64,000 nt of DNA from Candidatus Bathyarchaeia archaeon (lineage in GTDB: Archaea; Thermoproteota; Bathyarchaeia; Bathyarchaeales; Bathycorpusculaceae): contig JAVZLQ010000001.1 in NCBI GenBank assembly GCA_038883655.1, forward strand, positions 160,001-224,000. Reading direction: 5' to 3'. A program made the position numbers and the translations under genes. Below the pieces are notes generated by a model, which saw nothing but the letters and a program-made list of their open reading frames with translations, had not been told where the DNA came from and made no database searches. Shown piece by piece: positions 10,505-20,592 of the stretch (position 1 is its first letter; each line of letters starts with the position of its first letter).

Positions 10505-11614
10505 ATGCAGAAAAGCACATTTAAGATTCTAGCTGTTGTTGCAAGCATATTCTTCTTCACAAACTACTTGACTGGAATGTTCCTTCCAGTATATTATGTA
10601 GAATTGGGCCTAAACATAGGCGAAATAGTTTCACTCCTGTTAATAACGTTCTTAATAGTTGGCCTCCTCCCAACACTTCTACTCAAACTCACCAAAAACT
10701 TTGAAAGAATAATTTGCCTCGGAATAGTTTTCACTATGCTATTTTACGCGGCACTAATCTACGTTAAAAACCCAGTACTGCTCGGAATAGCCTACGGCCT
10801 AAGCATAGCAATGTTCTGGCCGAGCTTCAACCTCTTACAGTTTAGGTTAAGCACTTCAAGTATCAGGGCGAGAACCGTAAGCCTATTCTCCTCAATAATA
10901 CCATCAATCGCCAGCATAATCGGCCCAGCAGCCGGAGGCTTCATCATAGAAAGCTTCAAGTTTCAATTCCTTTTCGCCTTGTCCATAATATTGTATCTTG
11001 CCGCCTTATCCTTCTCCACGCGTATAACGTTTAGAACCGAAACTTGTGGTTTATCAATTCCGAGGGGGAGAAAATTCCTAATCTTCTTTGCAACATTTAT
11101 TCTTTTTGGCATGACTGAGGCTTACTGGCTTGCATACCCGCTTTTCGTTAACAAAATTTCAGAGACAATTTCTATGATGGGGTTGGTTCTTTCCGCTGCA
11201 AGCATTATTATGTCTGTTATAACGTTTCTTGTTAACTGGCTTTCAGACATCAAAATGCGACGTGTCGAATTCACAGTTATAGGCGTATTATTAAATGCTT
11301 TATGGTTTTTCCTGATAGGCTACGCTTCAACGCCACACGAGATAGTTCTATTATCCATCCTGTCTGGCTTGGCAGGCGCCTTCACACTTTCATGGTTTGC
11401 ACACTACGGAGATTCCTTCAGCAAAGAACACTACGCAAGCACACTTGTTCTTATGGAAGTAGGCCTAATGATTGGAAGGATGATAAACCTCTTACCCACG
11501 TTCATTTTACTTCCAGAAGAAAACTTTTCTGGCTACTTTAGGCTTTTGGGGGCGTTCTCGTTGATGCTGATCCCAACGCTTTTAATAAGCAAAACAAGGC
11601 TGATTAATCGTTAA
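10505..11614 (+). CDS. MFS-like transporter
   Basis: About 12 hydrophobic segments in two halves; IGPAAGG motif. Confidence 0.75.
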   Translation: MQKSTFKILAVVASIFFFTNYLTGMFLPVYYVELGLNIGEIVSLLLITFLIVGLLPTLLLKLTKNFERIICLGIVFTMLFYAALIYVKNPVLLGIAYGLSIAMFWPSFNLLQFRLSTSSIRARTVSLFSSIIPSIASIIGPAAGGFIIESFKFQFLFALSIILYLAALSFSTRITFRTETCGLSIPRGRKFLIFFATFILFGMTEAYWLAYPLFVNKISETISMMGLVLSAASIIMSVITFLVNWLSDIKMRRVEFTVIGVLLNALWFFLIGYASTPHEIVLLSILSGLAGAFTLSWFAHYGDSFSKEHYASTLVLMEVGLMIGRMINLLPTFILLPEENFSGYFRLLGAFSLMLIPTLLISKTRLINR

Positions 11615-11655
11615 AACTTAAAAGCGCTTGGTGGCTGAACTGTAAGACAGCGTGG

Positions 11656-11922
11656 TTGCGTATGACGGAAGCATCGGAAAAATTGCCAATATCCGAATTC
11701 TACAAGGTTGTTGATTACGTCACAATTTTTAAGAGTGAAAAATGGTGGGAAGCCATAGTTGTCTTTGAATCCTATGGGCGGCGCTCAATAGGCTTATACC
11801 TTTGGCAAAAAAGGAACGACGCGTGGAAGCGAAAACACAAGTTTAACATAAGGAACCTCGACGAATGGAATAAACTTAAAAGTGCAATAGAACAGTTAAC
11901 GCCAAAACTTGCTTTAAAGTAG
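11656..11922 (+). CDS. Hypothetical protein, possibly PC4-like fold
   Basis: Aromatic and basic beta-strands then EWNKLKSAIEQL helix. Confidence 0.6.
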   Translation: MRMTEASEKLPISEFYKVVDYVTIFKSEKWWEAIVVFESYGRRSIGLYLWQKRNDAWKRKHKFNIRNLDEWNKLKSAIEQLTPKLALK

Positions 11923-12029
11923 CTTTTTGCCTTTAAACTCTGTATTTTTAATTCGTATTCAAAAACAGAATCTAAAATTGAATAATTTTATTAATTAACC
12001 CGCATAACAAAAAACAGAAGGCGAGCATC

Positions 12030-12425
12030 ATGGAATCCGAAGAAGCACAAGGTGAAGGAATACTCTCAGAAGATGAAGTTCAAGAGGAAGAAAGCGCCGA
12101 ACAGGATGAACTGGTGGCAGAAGCAGAAGCGCTTGAAGAAAGAGAGCAAGAAAGAGAAGCGCAAAAAACCAAAGCAAACAATCAAACTGAAGATAGAAGC
12201 AGTTTCGTCCACGGGCTTTCCGTTGGGCTAGGCGTTGGTTGCATTGCCACATTCATTATAGTTTGGGTTTCATTATTCTTTACGCCGCAGCTGCCTCAAG
12301 CGATCACTTATGAAAATCTGCTCTCGGTATTCATTTATCCGCTCATTTACTTGTTGGCTGTTGGTCTAGTAGCCCTAACAGCGGGCATAGTGAGAGAATA
12401 CTATTCAACAAGAGGCAAAATCTAA
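12030..12425 (+). CDS. Membrane protein with acidic N-terminal tail
   Basis: E-rich N-terminus and two C-terminal TM segments. Confidence 0.7.
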   Translation: MESEEAQGEGILSEDEVQEEESAEQDELVAEAEALEEREQEREAQKTKANNQTEDRSSFVHGLSVGLGVGCIATFIIVWVSLFFTPQLPQAITYENLLSVFIYPLIYLLAVGLVALTAGIVREYYSTRGKI

Positions 12426-12495
12426 AAAGGGCGTAGAATAAGCAATCTTTTCCGAAACTAATTTCTTTTAGCGATGAATGTTGAACGTTTAAGGG

Positions 12496-13179
12496 TTAGC
12501 TTAATTCTTTTGCGTGGAATTCTCCAGCGGTTATCTCGTCATACCATTCTTTATTTTTAGGCATGGCAAGAATTTCCAAAATTTGAAACCTTTGCTCCTT
12601 CTTCTTGCTGAACATGCATGGGGAATAGGTTGACTTCGCCACTATAGCTGTGTCTGCACCTTTGTCTGTCCCTGCAATCGAAATTACATTTTCAAACGGT
12701 GGTATCGCTCCACAGTCAGTTGCAAGCAATATTGCTTCAACAGCCGTTTTAAAACCGTAACCACCAACTGCTAGCAGCGTTTCATAAACCGCCCAGCTTG
12801 CCGGGACAAAGCCATATCTGGCTAAACCATAATCCACATTGTCACCAAGCGGTGAGGGCATGTTGTCAATAATCGTAACCTTCAATTTCTCCAATAGTTT
12901 TCTGGTTTTCACATTAATGTATGGATGCTTTTTAACCCTACGATCTGTTTCGCTAAAGGTTTGCCAGAAGGGAGGCCCAGAGACGCATACAACAGAAACT
13001 TTAGCATTCCTTAACGCCCTACCAACTTTTAATGCCGTTTGACCAGTAATGGATGCAACAACAACGAATTTCACATCACCATCCTTAACACGACCTCGTA
13101 CAACCTCAACAACTTTATCAGTATTTTTAACACCAGGCAAATCAAAATAGACTATACTTTTTGTAACATGATCAGTCAT
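12496..13179 (-). CDS. Pyruvate-kinase C-terminal-like protein (MTH1675/DUF1867-like)
   Basis: YFDLPGVKNT, VVASITGQTA, GFKTAVE and AGTDKGADTA motifs; start set at MTDHV. Confidence 0.8.
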   Translation of the reverse strand: MTDHVTKSIVYFDLPGVKNTDKVVEVVRGRVKDGDVKFVVVASITGQTALKVGRALRNAKVSVVCVSGPPFWQTFSETDRRVKKHPYINVKTRKLLEKLKVTIIDNMPSPLGDNVDYGLARYGFVPASWAVYETLLAVGGYGFKTAVEAILLATDCGAIPPFENVISIAGTDKGADTAIVAKSTYSPCMFSKKKEQRFQILEILAMPKNKEWYDEITAGEFHAKELS

Positions 13180-13254
13180 ATTACCACAATGATAATTTAA
13201 GGCACAAAAGTGTGATTTAAAATTATCCAACTAGCGGATTGTATAGACTCTAAT

Positions 13255-13797
13255 TTAAAGCCTAACACTTACTTCAAGGCCGCCCGCATCTGCTGGCACA
13301 TGTCTACTTGCATATTTTCTTGAACGTCTCACATAATCAAGATAGTCCGGCGCATGTTCCACGTTATCTGCAATCACAACGCTTCCTTTGTGGAGTTTGC
13401 CCTCGACTAGCCGTAGATAATCTAGATATTGCTGTTTCTCAGCATCTATGAAAACAAGATCAAACTTGCCCATTAACTTCGGAATTATTTTAAGAGCGTC
13501 GCCCACTAAAACTTTAACCTTCGGCGGTATTTCCGCCCTTTTTATGTTGTTCCTCGCAATTTCTGCTGCATGAGAGTCGATCTCTATGGTAATTAAAAGG
13601 GCATCACTTCCCAACTCTTTTCCCATAAGAATCGTAGAATAACCAACAAAGGTTCCTATTTCTAAAACACGTTTAGGCTTAAACTTGCGAATAGTTTCAA
13701 CTAAAATTCGACCTCTAACAGGCCCAACGATTGGCAGAAACTCGCCCTGTTTAATTTTGCTTTCAATCTCGCTCAAAACCTTCTCCGCTTTGCTCAT
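13255..13797 (-). CDS. SAM-dependent O-methyltransferase
   Basis: VLEIGTFVGYS, FDLVFIDAEK and VIADN motifs. Confidence 0.9.
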   Translation of the reverse strand: MSKAEKVLSEIESKIKQGEFLPIVGPVRGRILVETIRKFKPKRVLEIGTFVGYSTILMGKELGSDALLITIEIDSHAAEIARNNIKRAEIPPKVKVLVGDALKIIPKLMGKFDLVFIDAEKQQYLDYLRLVEGKLHKGSVVIADNVEHAPDYLDYVRRSRKYASRHVPADAGGLEVSVRL

Positions 13798-13957
13798 TTA
13801 TTCTTCTCCAACTTTCAAGCGTTCAACGGCTTTGGTCGTGCGATAAAAACTTTTCGAAAACATCTAAACATTAAAGCGCAGAATATAATTTTATTGTCAT
13901 CATTAGTGGCTTAAAACTATAATAGTTTTATATTTTATATATTAAATGGAATTGTGA

Positions 13958-14593
13958 ATGTTAATGTCATCCAAGCTAAAGAAGTTCCTGGAAAGTGTTG
14001 TTGAAGAAAGAGCGCCAGGGCCATCTCCAACCTTCTCTGTTTTTCATTTGTTGCATGCAATAGAGCTTATTGCTGAGAAAAAGTTGGGCAGAGGTAAGCT
14101 TGCTGAAAGTCTAAACGTGGGCGAGGGTGCTGCACGCACAATTGTTGATAGGCTAAGAGATGCTGGACTTATTAAGACTTCAAGGTCTGGGTGTGTGCTC
14201 ACCGATGAGGGTGTTAAATTTTGGAATAGTTACAGGTCAATTTTTGTGAAGAAGGCTGAAATTGGAAAGAACGAGTTGACACTTTCAGATTACAATTTTG
14301 CAATTTTAGTGAGAAATCGCGGAGACAAAATAAAGTATGGAATTGAGCAGCGGGACGCGGCGATAAGAACTGGGGCGAAAGGAGCTACGACCATGATTTT
14401 TGTTGGCGGTCGGTTGAAAGTGCCATCAATTAGTGAAAATGCTAAAAGTGACTTTCCAGAGGCAGCGTCCCAAATATTTAGGCTTTTTAAGCCAGAAGAA
14501 AACGACGTCATAATAATAGCAAGCGCCGAAGATGCGAAAAGTGCTAATTATGGCGCGCTTGCAGCAGCATGGACCCTGCTTGAGGACTGCTAG
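13958..14593 (+). CDS. wHTH plus DUF4443-like putative regulator
   Basis: GRGKLAESLNVGEGAART HTH; GIEQRDAAIRTGAKGA motif. Confidence 0.75.
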   Translation: MLMSSKLKKFLESVVEERAPGPSPTFSVFHLLHAIELIAEKKLGRGKLAESLNVGEGAARTIVDRLRDAGLIKTSRSGCVLTDEGVKFWNSYRSIFVKKAEIGKNELTLSDYNFAILVRNRGDKIKYGIEQRDAAIRTGAKGATTMIFVGGRLKVPSISENAKSDFPEAASQIFRLFKPEENDVIIIASAEDAKSANYGALAAAWTLLEDC

Positions 14594-14662
14594 CCAAACC
14601 CTATTGCCTTAAAACTTATCAAGACTGTAAAACATTAAAGTAGGCGGGGGGACACCCATAAA

Positions 14663-16033
14663 ATGGCGGAAATCAATAAGCTTGAAGACTTCATTTTTGA
14701 AAAGATGTCTGCAACGCATATACCAGGCTTAAGTATAGCCGCAGTCAAAGAAAATGAGACTGTATATAGCAGAGGCTTTTGTTTTAGGGATTTGGAGTAT
14801 GGACTTAGAGCTACACCAGAAACGTTGTATGGCGTAGGCTCTGTAACAAAATCTTTCACGGCGCTATCCATTATGCAACTTGCAGAAAGCGGTAAACTGA
14901 GCTTAGACGACTATGTAGACAAGTATATTCCGCTAGAACTTAAGCCGATGGGCGCTCCAGTGAAGGTATGGCATTTGCTCTGCCACGCTTCTGGTATACC
15001 CGCGCTTGCGTATGCTGAGGCTCTTATCCGCTACTTGACTGGAGCTGGCGATAAGTGGATTCCAATAGCAAGTCATGAAGACATAATCACGTTCATGAGG
15101 GAAGCCAACGAGTGGGCTTTAACCAAGCCCGGCGAAAGGTGGTTTTACCTGAACGAGGGCTACGTGATTTTGGGCTATATTATCGAGAAACTTTCTGGAA
15201 TGAACTACGAAGATTACGTTAGAGAAAAAATTCTGAAACCATTGCACATGAACCGAAGCTTCTTCAAGAAGACCGATGTTGAGGTAGACCCAAACGTTGC
15301 CGTGCCATATATAATCACGAGAGACGGCGAATGCAAAAAGTCTGTGCATCCCTACGGCGTTTATGCTGACGGCGGTCTAATAAGCAACGTTCTGGACTTA
15401 GCAAACTACATAAGGATGTATCTAAACCGTGGAAGCTACAAGGGCACAACATTAATCTCGCGTGAAGGCATCGAAGAAATGGAGAAGCCTCGCGTGCCCT
15501 TGCCGCTTCAGGTTTTCGGCGGAGAATCCTATGGTTATGGTTTGATGATTAACCCAAATTTCTTCGGCAAAAAACTTGTTGGTCATGGCGGCTCCGTTCT
15601 GGTTTACACGGCATATATTGGGTACATACCCGAGAAAAATGTTGGAATAGCTGTGCTTGCAAACGGAAGCGGCTATCCGCTTTCGCAAATTGGACTTTAC
15701 GGGCTGGCGCTTATGATTGGCGAAAATCCAGAAAACCTACCATTCATGAAATATGAGCGGACGTACGACTTGTTGACAGGGTTATACGAAACCTACAAGG
15801 AAACCATGAAGGCGCAAGTCATTAGCAAAGGCGGAATCCTACAGCTTGAAATTAAGGACAAGTACACGGATATGATTATACCGTTAATTCCAGAAGATAT
15901 AGAGGGTCAAGTAAAAAGGTTTTATGCCATCCAATCTGGTGGTAAGCTTCCAGTTGAGTTTATGGTTGAAGGAGAAAAAGTGGAACTGGTTTATGAAAGG
16001 TATAGGCTAAAGAAGGTTGGCGATTTAAAGTAG
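14663..16033 (+). CDS. Serine hydrolase of beta-lactamase/PBP fold (Pab87-like peptidase)
   Basis: SVTK (SxxK), YLN (YxN) and HGG motifs plus C-terminal domain. Confidence 0.88.
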   Translation: MAEINKLEDFIFEKMSATHIPGLSIAAVKENETVYSRGFCFRDLEYGLRATPETLYGVGSVTKSFTALSIMQLAESGKLSLDDYVDKYIPLELKPMGAPVKVWHLLCHASGIPALAYAEALIRYLTGAGDKWIPIASHEDIITFMREANEWALTKPGERWFYLNEGYVILGYIIEKLSGMNYEDYVREKILKPLHMNRSFFKKTDVEVDPNVAVPYIITRDGECKKSVHPYGVYADGGLISNVLDLANYIRMYLNRGSYKGTTLISREGIEEMEKPRVPLPLQVFGGESYGYGLMINPNFFGKKLVGHGGSVLVYTAYIGYIPEKNVGIAVLANGSGYPLSQIGLYGLALMIGENPENLPFMKYERTYDLLTGLYETYKETMKAQVISKGGILQLEIKDKYTDMIIPLIPEDIEGQVKRFYAIQSGGKLPVEFMVEGEKVELVYERYRLKKVGDLK

Positions 16034-16645
16034 CGCCGAAATGATAAACCATATCCCGAAGCCAGTTAAGATGGCAAAACAAAAACCGAAAACGGCATCG
16101 CAAACCATCTTTGTCCAAAAGCGCCTCGACTTGAAAACCGTAAGCGAAACAAAAACGTTCCAAATCAAATCGCAAGACCAGTGAACCACGGCGAACAATA
16201 AAAAGCCTATATGTCCAAAAGAGGCTGCATTCATAACCAGAAAAGCCCCGATGGTAGCCCACCACAAAAGGAAATACGGGTTTCCAGCAGTAGCCAAAAT
16301 TCCAGAAACAATCGAGCCATACTTGAGGAATGGAGATTCGCTTCCAACTTCCCTTCTGGTCTTGAGCATTTTAAACCCTAAATAAACCATTAAAATTCCG
16401 CCAACAAAACCTATGGCTTTCTGAACAAAAAGCGAGGCTAAAATCCAATTGAAACCAAGATAAATTAGAAACATTAATGGAAACTCTACAATGCCATGAC
16501 CAACAGATATTAGGACTCCGGCGTTTTTATCTCTGCTTGACTTGGCAATGGTAACCGCGAACAATGGTCCAGGCGACATAACCCCCGATAAAGATACTAG
16601 GATTACCGAGAGCAAAAAGAGGTGGAAATCCGTTATTAACTCCAT
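16025..16645 (-). CDS. LysE-family translocator
   Basis: MSPGP and NPYFLLWW motifs; about 6 TM. Confidence 0.88.
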   Translation of the reverse strand: MELITDFHLFLLSVILVSLSGVMSPGPLFAVTIAKSSRDKNAGVLISVGHGIVEFPLMFLIYLGFNWILASLFVQKAIGFVGGILMVYLGFKMLKTRREVGSESPFLKYGSIVSGILATAGNPYFLLWWATIGAFLVMNAASFGHIGFLLFAVVHWSCDLIWNVFVSLTVFKSRRFWTKMVCDAVFGFCFAILTGFGIWFIISALL

Positions 16646-16655
16646 CGTCTAGCCT

Positions 16656-17825
16656 TTATCGTTTTAGAGAGAGGATTTTTTCCTCCGCTGCCGCCAATCC
16701 AACTCCAAGCTTAATGTCGTGTCCCAAATTTTTCAATGTTGTCTCTATGGCTGCTATTGTGGAAAGAATGTCGTTTTGGCTTACATTCCCCATATGTCCA
16801 ACTCTGAAGCCCTTCCCCTTTAGCGGTCCAAGGGTGGATGCCACTGTTATCCCGCGATTTTTCATTTCGGTTCTAAACGCCGCATCCTCTACTCTTTCTG
16901 GGTAGTACACTGCCGTAACGGTGTTAGCTGCGTACTCCTCATCTGCAACCAGCTTTAGCTTTAATGCTTTCATTGCTGTTCTGAAGGCTTCGGCGAAAAC
17001 ATGGTGCCTTCTAAACCTATTCTCTAGTCCCTCGTTTAAGATTATTTCAAGCGCTTCTGATAGGGCGTAAATCATGTTAACTGGTGGTGTGGCAAAGTAT
17101 ATTGAAGGGTCTCGCATTGTTGGAAGCCAATTTTTAAGGTTGCCATACCAAAAGTTGACTGGGGTCTTTCTCTTTTCGAGAAATTCTATAACTCTTTTGC
17201 TTGCCGAAAGAAAGGCTAATCCAGGTGGGACACCTATGCACTTTTGCGAGCCAGAAGCGCAAATGTCTATGTTCCACTCGTCAACGCGAACTTCCATGCC
17301 GCCTAAAGAGCAAACTGTATCAACAATGTAGAAGGCGTCGCTCTCTTCCGCCACTATTTCGCCTATCTCCCTTATCGGGTTTGCAACTCCAGTTGAAGTC
17401 TCAACATGCGTAACAGTTACCGCCTTAAAATCGTCTTCCCTCAAAGCCTCTTTAACCATTCTTGGATTCGCGGGTTTGCCCCATGAAAACTCCAAGACTT
17501 TAGGCGTTGCACCGTGAGCCATCGACGCTTTAACAAAGTATTCCCCGAAAAATCCAGTTACTATGTTCAAAACCTTATCGTTTGGCTCCAAAACGTTCGC
17601 AACAGCCATTTCTAAAGCTAACGTTCCAGAACCAGCAACCGCGAAAACATCACCTTCAGTCATGAAAACTTTCTTTAACCGTTCAAGCGCTTCTTTGAAA
17701 ACTTCGATAAACTCAGAATCAGTATGCGAGACTGTTGGCTTACTTAGGGCGCGAAGAACCCGCGGGTCAACATTTGTTGGTCCAGGAATCATAATCAGCT
17801 TTCTTTCACTCATATTTCTACACAC
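16656..17825 (-). CDS. Class V PLP aminotransferase (alanine-glyoxylate/serine-pyruvate type)
   Basis: MIPGPT, HVETSTGV, DTVCS, GSQKC and FRVGHMG motifs. Confidence 0.92.
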   Translation of the reverse strand: MCRNMSERKLIMIPGPTNVDPRVLRALSKPTVSHTDSEFIEVFKEALERLKKVFMTEGDVFAVAGSGTLALEMAVANVLEPNDKVLNIVTGFFGEYFVKASMAHGATPKVLEFSWGKPANPRMVKEALREDDFKAVTVTHVETSTGVANPIREIGEIVAEESDAFYIVDTVCSLGGMEVRVDEWNIDICASGSQKCIGVPPGLAFLSASKRVIEFLEKRKTPVNFWYGNLKNWLPTMRDPSIYFATPPVNMIYALSEALEIILNEGLENRFRRHHVFAEAFRTAMKALKLKLVADEEYAANTVTAVYYPERVEDAAFRTEMKNRGITVASTLGPLKGKGFRVGHMGNVSQNDILSTIAAIETTLKNLGHDIKLGVGLAAAEEKILSLKR

Positions 17826-17939
17826 CCTTTTAATTCACTTCTCTGGTTTTTGTTCTTTATCTTTTCGATCTTAGGTGGATTTTCGAACCAATAGGGCTAT
17901 ATTTATAGATGCCTTTAACAATATTATAGGAGGCGTATT

Positions 17940-18209
17940 TTGTCTAAAGGTTCTAAAGCGCGAGATAAGGGTTTTCTGCGGAAGCTAAAGGACTTTTTGG
18001 TTGGAGCCACCGTTTACAACGTAATTAAGGATTTAGAAGAAAAGAGGTTACTTGTCGAGTATGGATTGATGCTTTCTGTTTTCGGGGACATGCTTGGATT
18101 TCCAACATGCTCTTATTATCGTTTAAGGTTGCTTCCACTTTGGTTACCGAGAATTGAGTTGTGGAAGCATTATTTACTCAAGGAGAAAGATGTAACAGAA
18201 AAATTGTAA
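17940..18209 (+). CDS. Small CstA/ArsA-associated protein, paralog 1
   Basis: GGAGG RBS; shares GDMLGxP..YYxLRLLP..P.I..WK..LL...DVT with the next ORF. Confidence 0.8.
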   Translation: MSKGSKARDKGFLRKLKDFLVGATVYNVIKDLEEKRLLVEYGLMLSVFGDMLGFPTCSYYRLRLLPLWLPRIELWKHYLLKEKDVTEKL

Positions 18210-18264
18210 GGTATAATAACATTTTTATCTTTAATTAAACTTTCAAATAACAAAGTGAAGAATA

Positions 18265-18564
18265 ATGACCAGAAAAGAAGCTAATGAAAAGAAAAACGAA
18301 GCGAAAAAGGAGAGCGAAGCAAAGAAAGCAGTTAAGGGACTGGTTTACGGGATGGCTATGCACGGTATGGTGAGCTACGCTCTGAAAACGCGCATGTATT
18401 TAGAAAACCTTTTTATGCTGATCACGATGGGCGACATGCTCGGCGTCCCTGTCCTTCCACCATATTATTGCCTGCGACTCCTGCCATACTGTGTTCCTCA
18501 CATAAAGACATGGAAAAGAACGTTACTTAGAGATCGAGATGTGACCGACTCAATTTTTGCTTAA
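18265..18564 (+). CDS. Small CstA/ArsA-associated protein, paralog 2
   Basis: LENLFMLITMGDMLGVPVLPPYYCLRLLP; paralog of the previous ORF. Confidence 0.85.
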   Translation: MTRKEANEKKNEAKKESEAKKAVKGLVYGMAMHGMVSYALKTRMYLENLFMLITMGDMLGVPVLPPYYCLRLLPYCVPHIKTWKRTLLRDRDVTDSIFA

Positions 18565-18576
18565 GAGGGTTAACGT

Positions 18577-19569
18577 ATGTCTGTAACATTGTCAGTTGAG
18601 CAATACTTGAAAGCACATCCGAACGTTAAGTATATTCTCTTTGGAGGAAAGGGTGGGTTAGGTAAAACAACATTATCTGCTGCAACTGCTTTTTGGCTTG
18701 CAAAGTATGGAAAAAAAGTTGTTGTTTTTTCAACGGATCCGCAAGCAAGCCTAAGCGACATTTTCGAGAGGAACATTTTCGGTAAAGGCGAAGTCGAGAT
18801 TGCCCCTAACCTCTTCGCATTGGAGATTGATGCGGATAAGCGGATAGCTGATTATCAGCAGGAAATCCGTAACAAAATTATAGAAATGTATGGTGAAGTA
18901 CCTAAAGAGGTTGATGATTACATTCAGTCTTCCGCCGCTGAACCCGCGATGGCTGAGTCAGCAACATTTGATGCTATGGTTGAGCTGATGACAAGTGGCG
19001 TTTACGACTACTATATTTTTGATATGATGCCTCATGGGCATGCAATCCGTTTTCTTGGAATGTCAGAAATACTTGATACATGGGTTAACAAAATAGTTGA
19101 GACGAGGAAGAAGGCTGCTGAGTACGGTGATGTGGCTTCTGTTTTAAGCGGAAAAGGTGGATTAGCCCAAGAGGATAAAATTTTGGAGGAACTTGAGTTC
19201 ATAAAGTCGCGGCTGGGTTTTGTCAGCAATATGATGAGGGATGAGGAACATACAGCCTTCTTTTATGTGCTCATTCCAGAACTTATGCCCATCCTTGATA
19301 CGAGAAAAGCGCTTGAAATGTTTAGGGCTTTCAGCATACCCTTAAGCGGTATTATAATAAACCAAGTTTATCCTACAGAGCTGTTGAAGCAGAAGAATCT
19401 TCCCGCGCTGTTAAAGAATAAGATATTGATGCAGCAGAGGCATATGAAGGACATTGAAACGGAGTTTGGTCCGCTGATACGTGGGGTTGTCCCGATGTTT
19501 GATCGAGAACCTAAGGGGCTCAAAATGATTGCAGAAGTAGCAAAAGCCTTGTACGGAGAGGAGCGCTAG
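18577..19569 (+). CDS. Get3/ArsA-family ATPase, copy 1
   Basis: GGKGGLGKTT, STDP and DMMPHGH motifs; single ATPase domain; no Cys. Confidence 0.92.
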   Translation: MSVTLSVEQYLKAHPNVKYILFGGKGGLGKTTLSAATAFWLAKYGKKVVVFSTDPQASLSDIFERNIFGKGEVEIAPNLFALEIDADKRIADYQQEIRNKIIEMYGEVPKEVDDYIQSSAAEPAMAESATFDAMVELMTSGVYDYYIFDMMPHGHAIRFLGMSEILDTWVNKIVETRKKAAEYGDVASVLSGKGGLAQEDKILEELEFIKSRLGFVSNMMRDEEHTAFFYVLIPELMPILDTRKALEMFRAFSIPLSGIIINQVYPTELLKQKNLPALLKNKILMQQRHMKDIETEFGPLIRGVVPMFDREPKGLKMIAEVAKALYGEER

Positions 19570-19571
19570 TT

Positions 19572-20576
19572 ATGAGTGCAAGTTTGAGTTTTAGAGAGTA
19601 TCTGGCTTCAAAGCCGCAATTGAAGTATATGTTTTTTGGTGGGAAAGGTGGGGTGGGTAAGACAATAGCTGCGGCTGGCACCGCCTACTACTTGGCGGAA
19701 AAGTTGGGTAAGAAGACTCTGATTTCATCCACAAACCCTGTTCACAGTTTATCCAGTGCTTTTGGACAAGACATTTGGGGCAAGGGAATACAAAAAATTG
19801 ATGGTACAAAGAATCTTTACGCAGTTGAAATTGACATATCTGACACCATAAAGCGATATAAGGAGGAAATCCGCGATAGAATACTCACGTTCCTCAAGTA
19901 TGCGGATATACCGCTGGATCCTGAACCATTTGTGGATATTGCAACTACAAACCCCGCATTTGAAGAATCTGCTATGTTTGATGACATGATAAATCTAATA
20001 CTTAAGGGCGAATTTGACGCTTATGTCTTTGACACAGCTCCTGTTGCACATACATATCGTCTCCTTGGAATGTCCAAGGTTTACGACTTGTGGCTCCACA
20101 AGATGGTTAAAAGCAGAGAGGAAGCCCTATCTCTTCGTGTGAAATTGTCTTTCCGAAAGGAAAAGATAATTGAAGAGATTAAGAAGGACCCGATGCTTGC
20201 CAGTTTGATGAGTATAAGAGAAAAAACCGAGCAAGGCCGTAAACTTTTGACGGATAAGGATAAAACTGCCTTCTTCTTTGTTACATTGCCACTTTCTCTC
20301 CCAATCTCGGTGATTGAGCGTTTTATAGGCTGGGTTAAAGCATTCGACATTCCAACGGGCGGGGTTATCGTAAACGAGGTTTTGCCCAAAGAGGAGTTCG
20401 ACTTGAAAAACGCAACGCCATATATTGCCAACAAGATTCAAGAGCAAGACAACTATCTTAAAATGATTCATAACAAGTTTCCGGGGATGGTTCGCGCGTA
20501 TATACCCCTATACGAAACCGAAGTAACAGGGTTAGACATGATTGCCCGTGTCGCAGAAGCCTTAAGCAAAAAATAA
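19572..20576 (+). CDS. Get3/ArsA-family ATPase, copy 2 (degenerate switch motifs)
   Basis: GGKGGVGKT, STNP (D to N) and DTAPVAH motifs; no Cys. Confidence 0.92.
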   Translation: MSASLSFREYLASKPQLKYMFFGGKGGVGKTIAAAGTAYYLAEKLGKKTLISSTNPVHSLSSAFGQDIWGKGIQKIDGTKNLYAVEIDISDTIKRYKEEIRDRILTFLKYADIPLDPEPFVDIATTNPAFEESAMFDDMINLILKGEFDAYVFDTAPVAHTYRLLGMSKVYDLWLHKMVKSREEALSLRVKLSFRKEKIIEEIKKDPMLASLMSIREKTEQGRKLLTDKDKTAFFFVTLPLSLPISVIERFIGWVKAFDIPTGGVIVNEVLPKEEFDLKNATPYIANKIQEQDNYLKMIHNKFPGMVRAYIPLYETEVTGLDMIARVAEALSKK

Positions 20577-20592
20577 AAGGGGAGAAAAAGGC

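Noticed and set aside
18577-20576. Arsenic-resistance (arsA) operon
   Set aside because: No Cys in either ATPase, and no arsB, acr3, arsC, arsD or arsR nearby.
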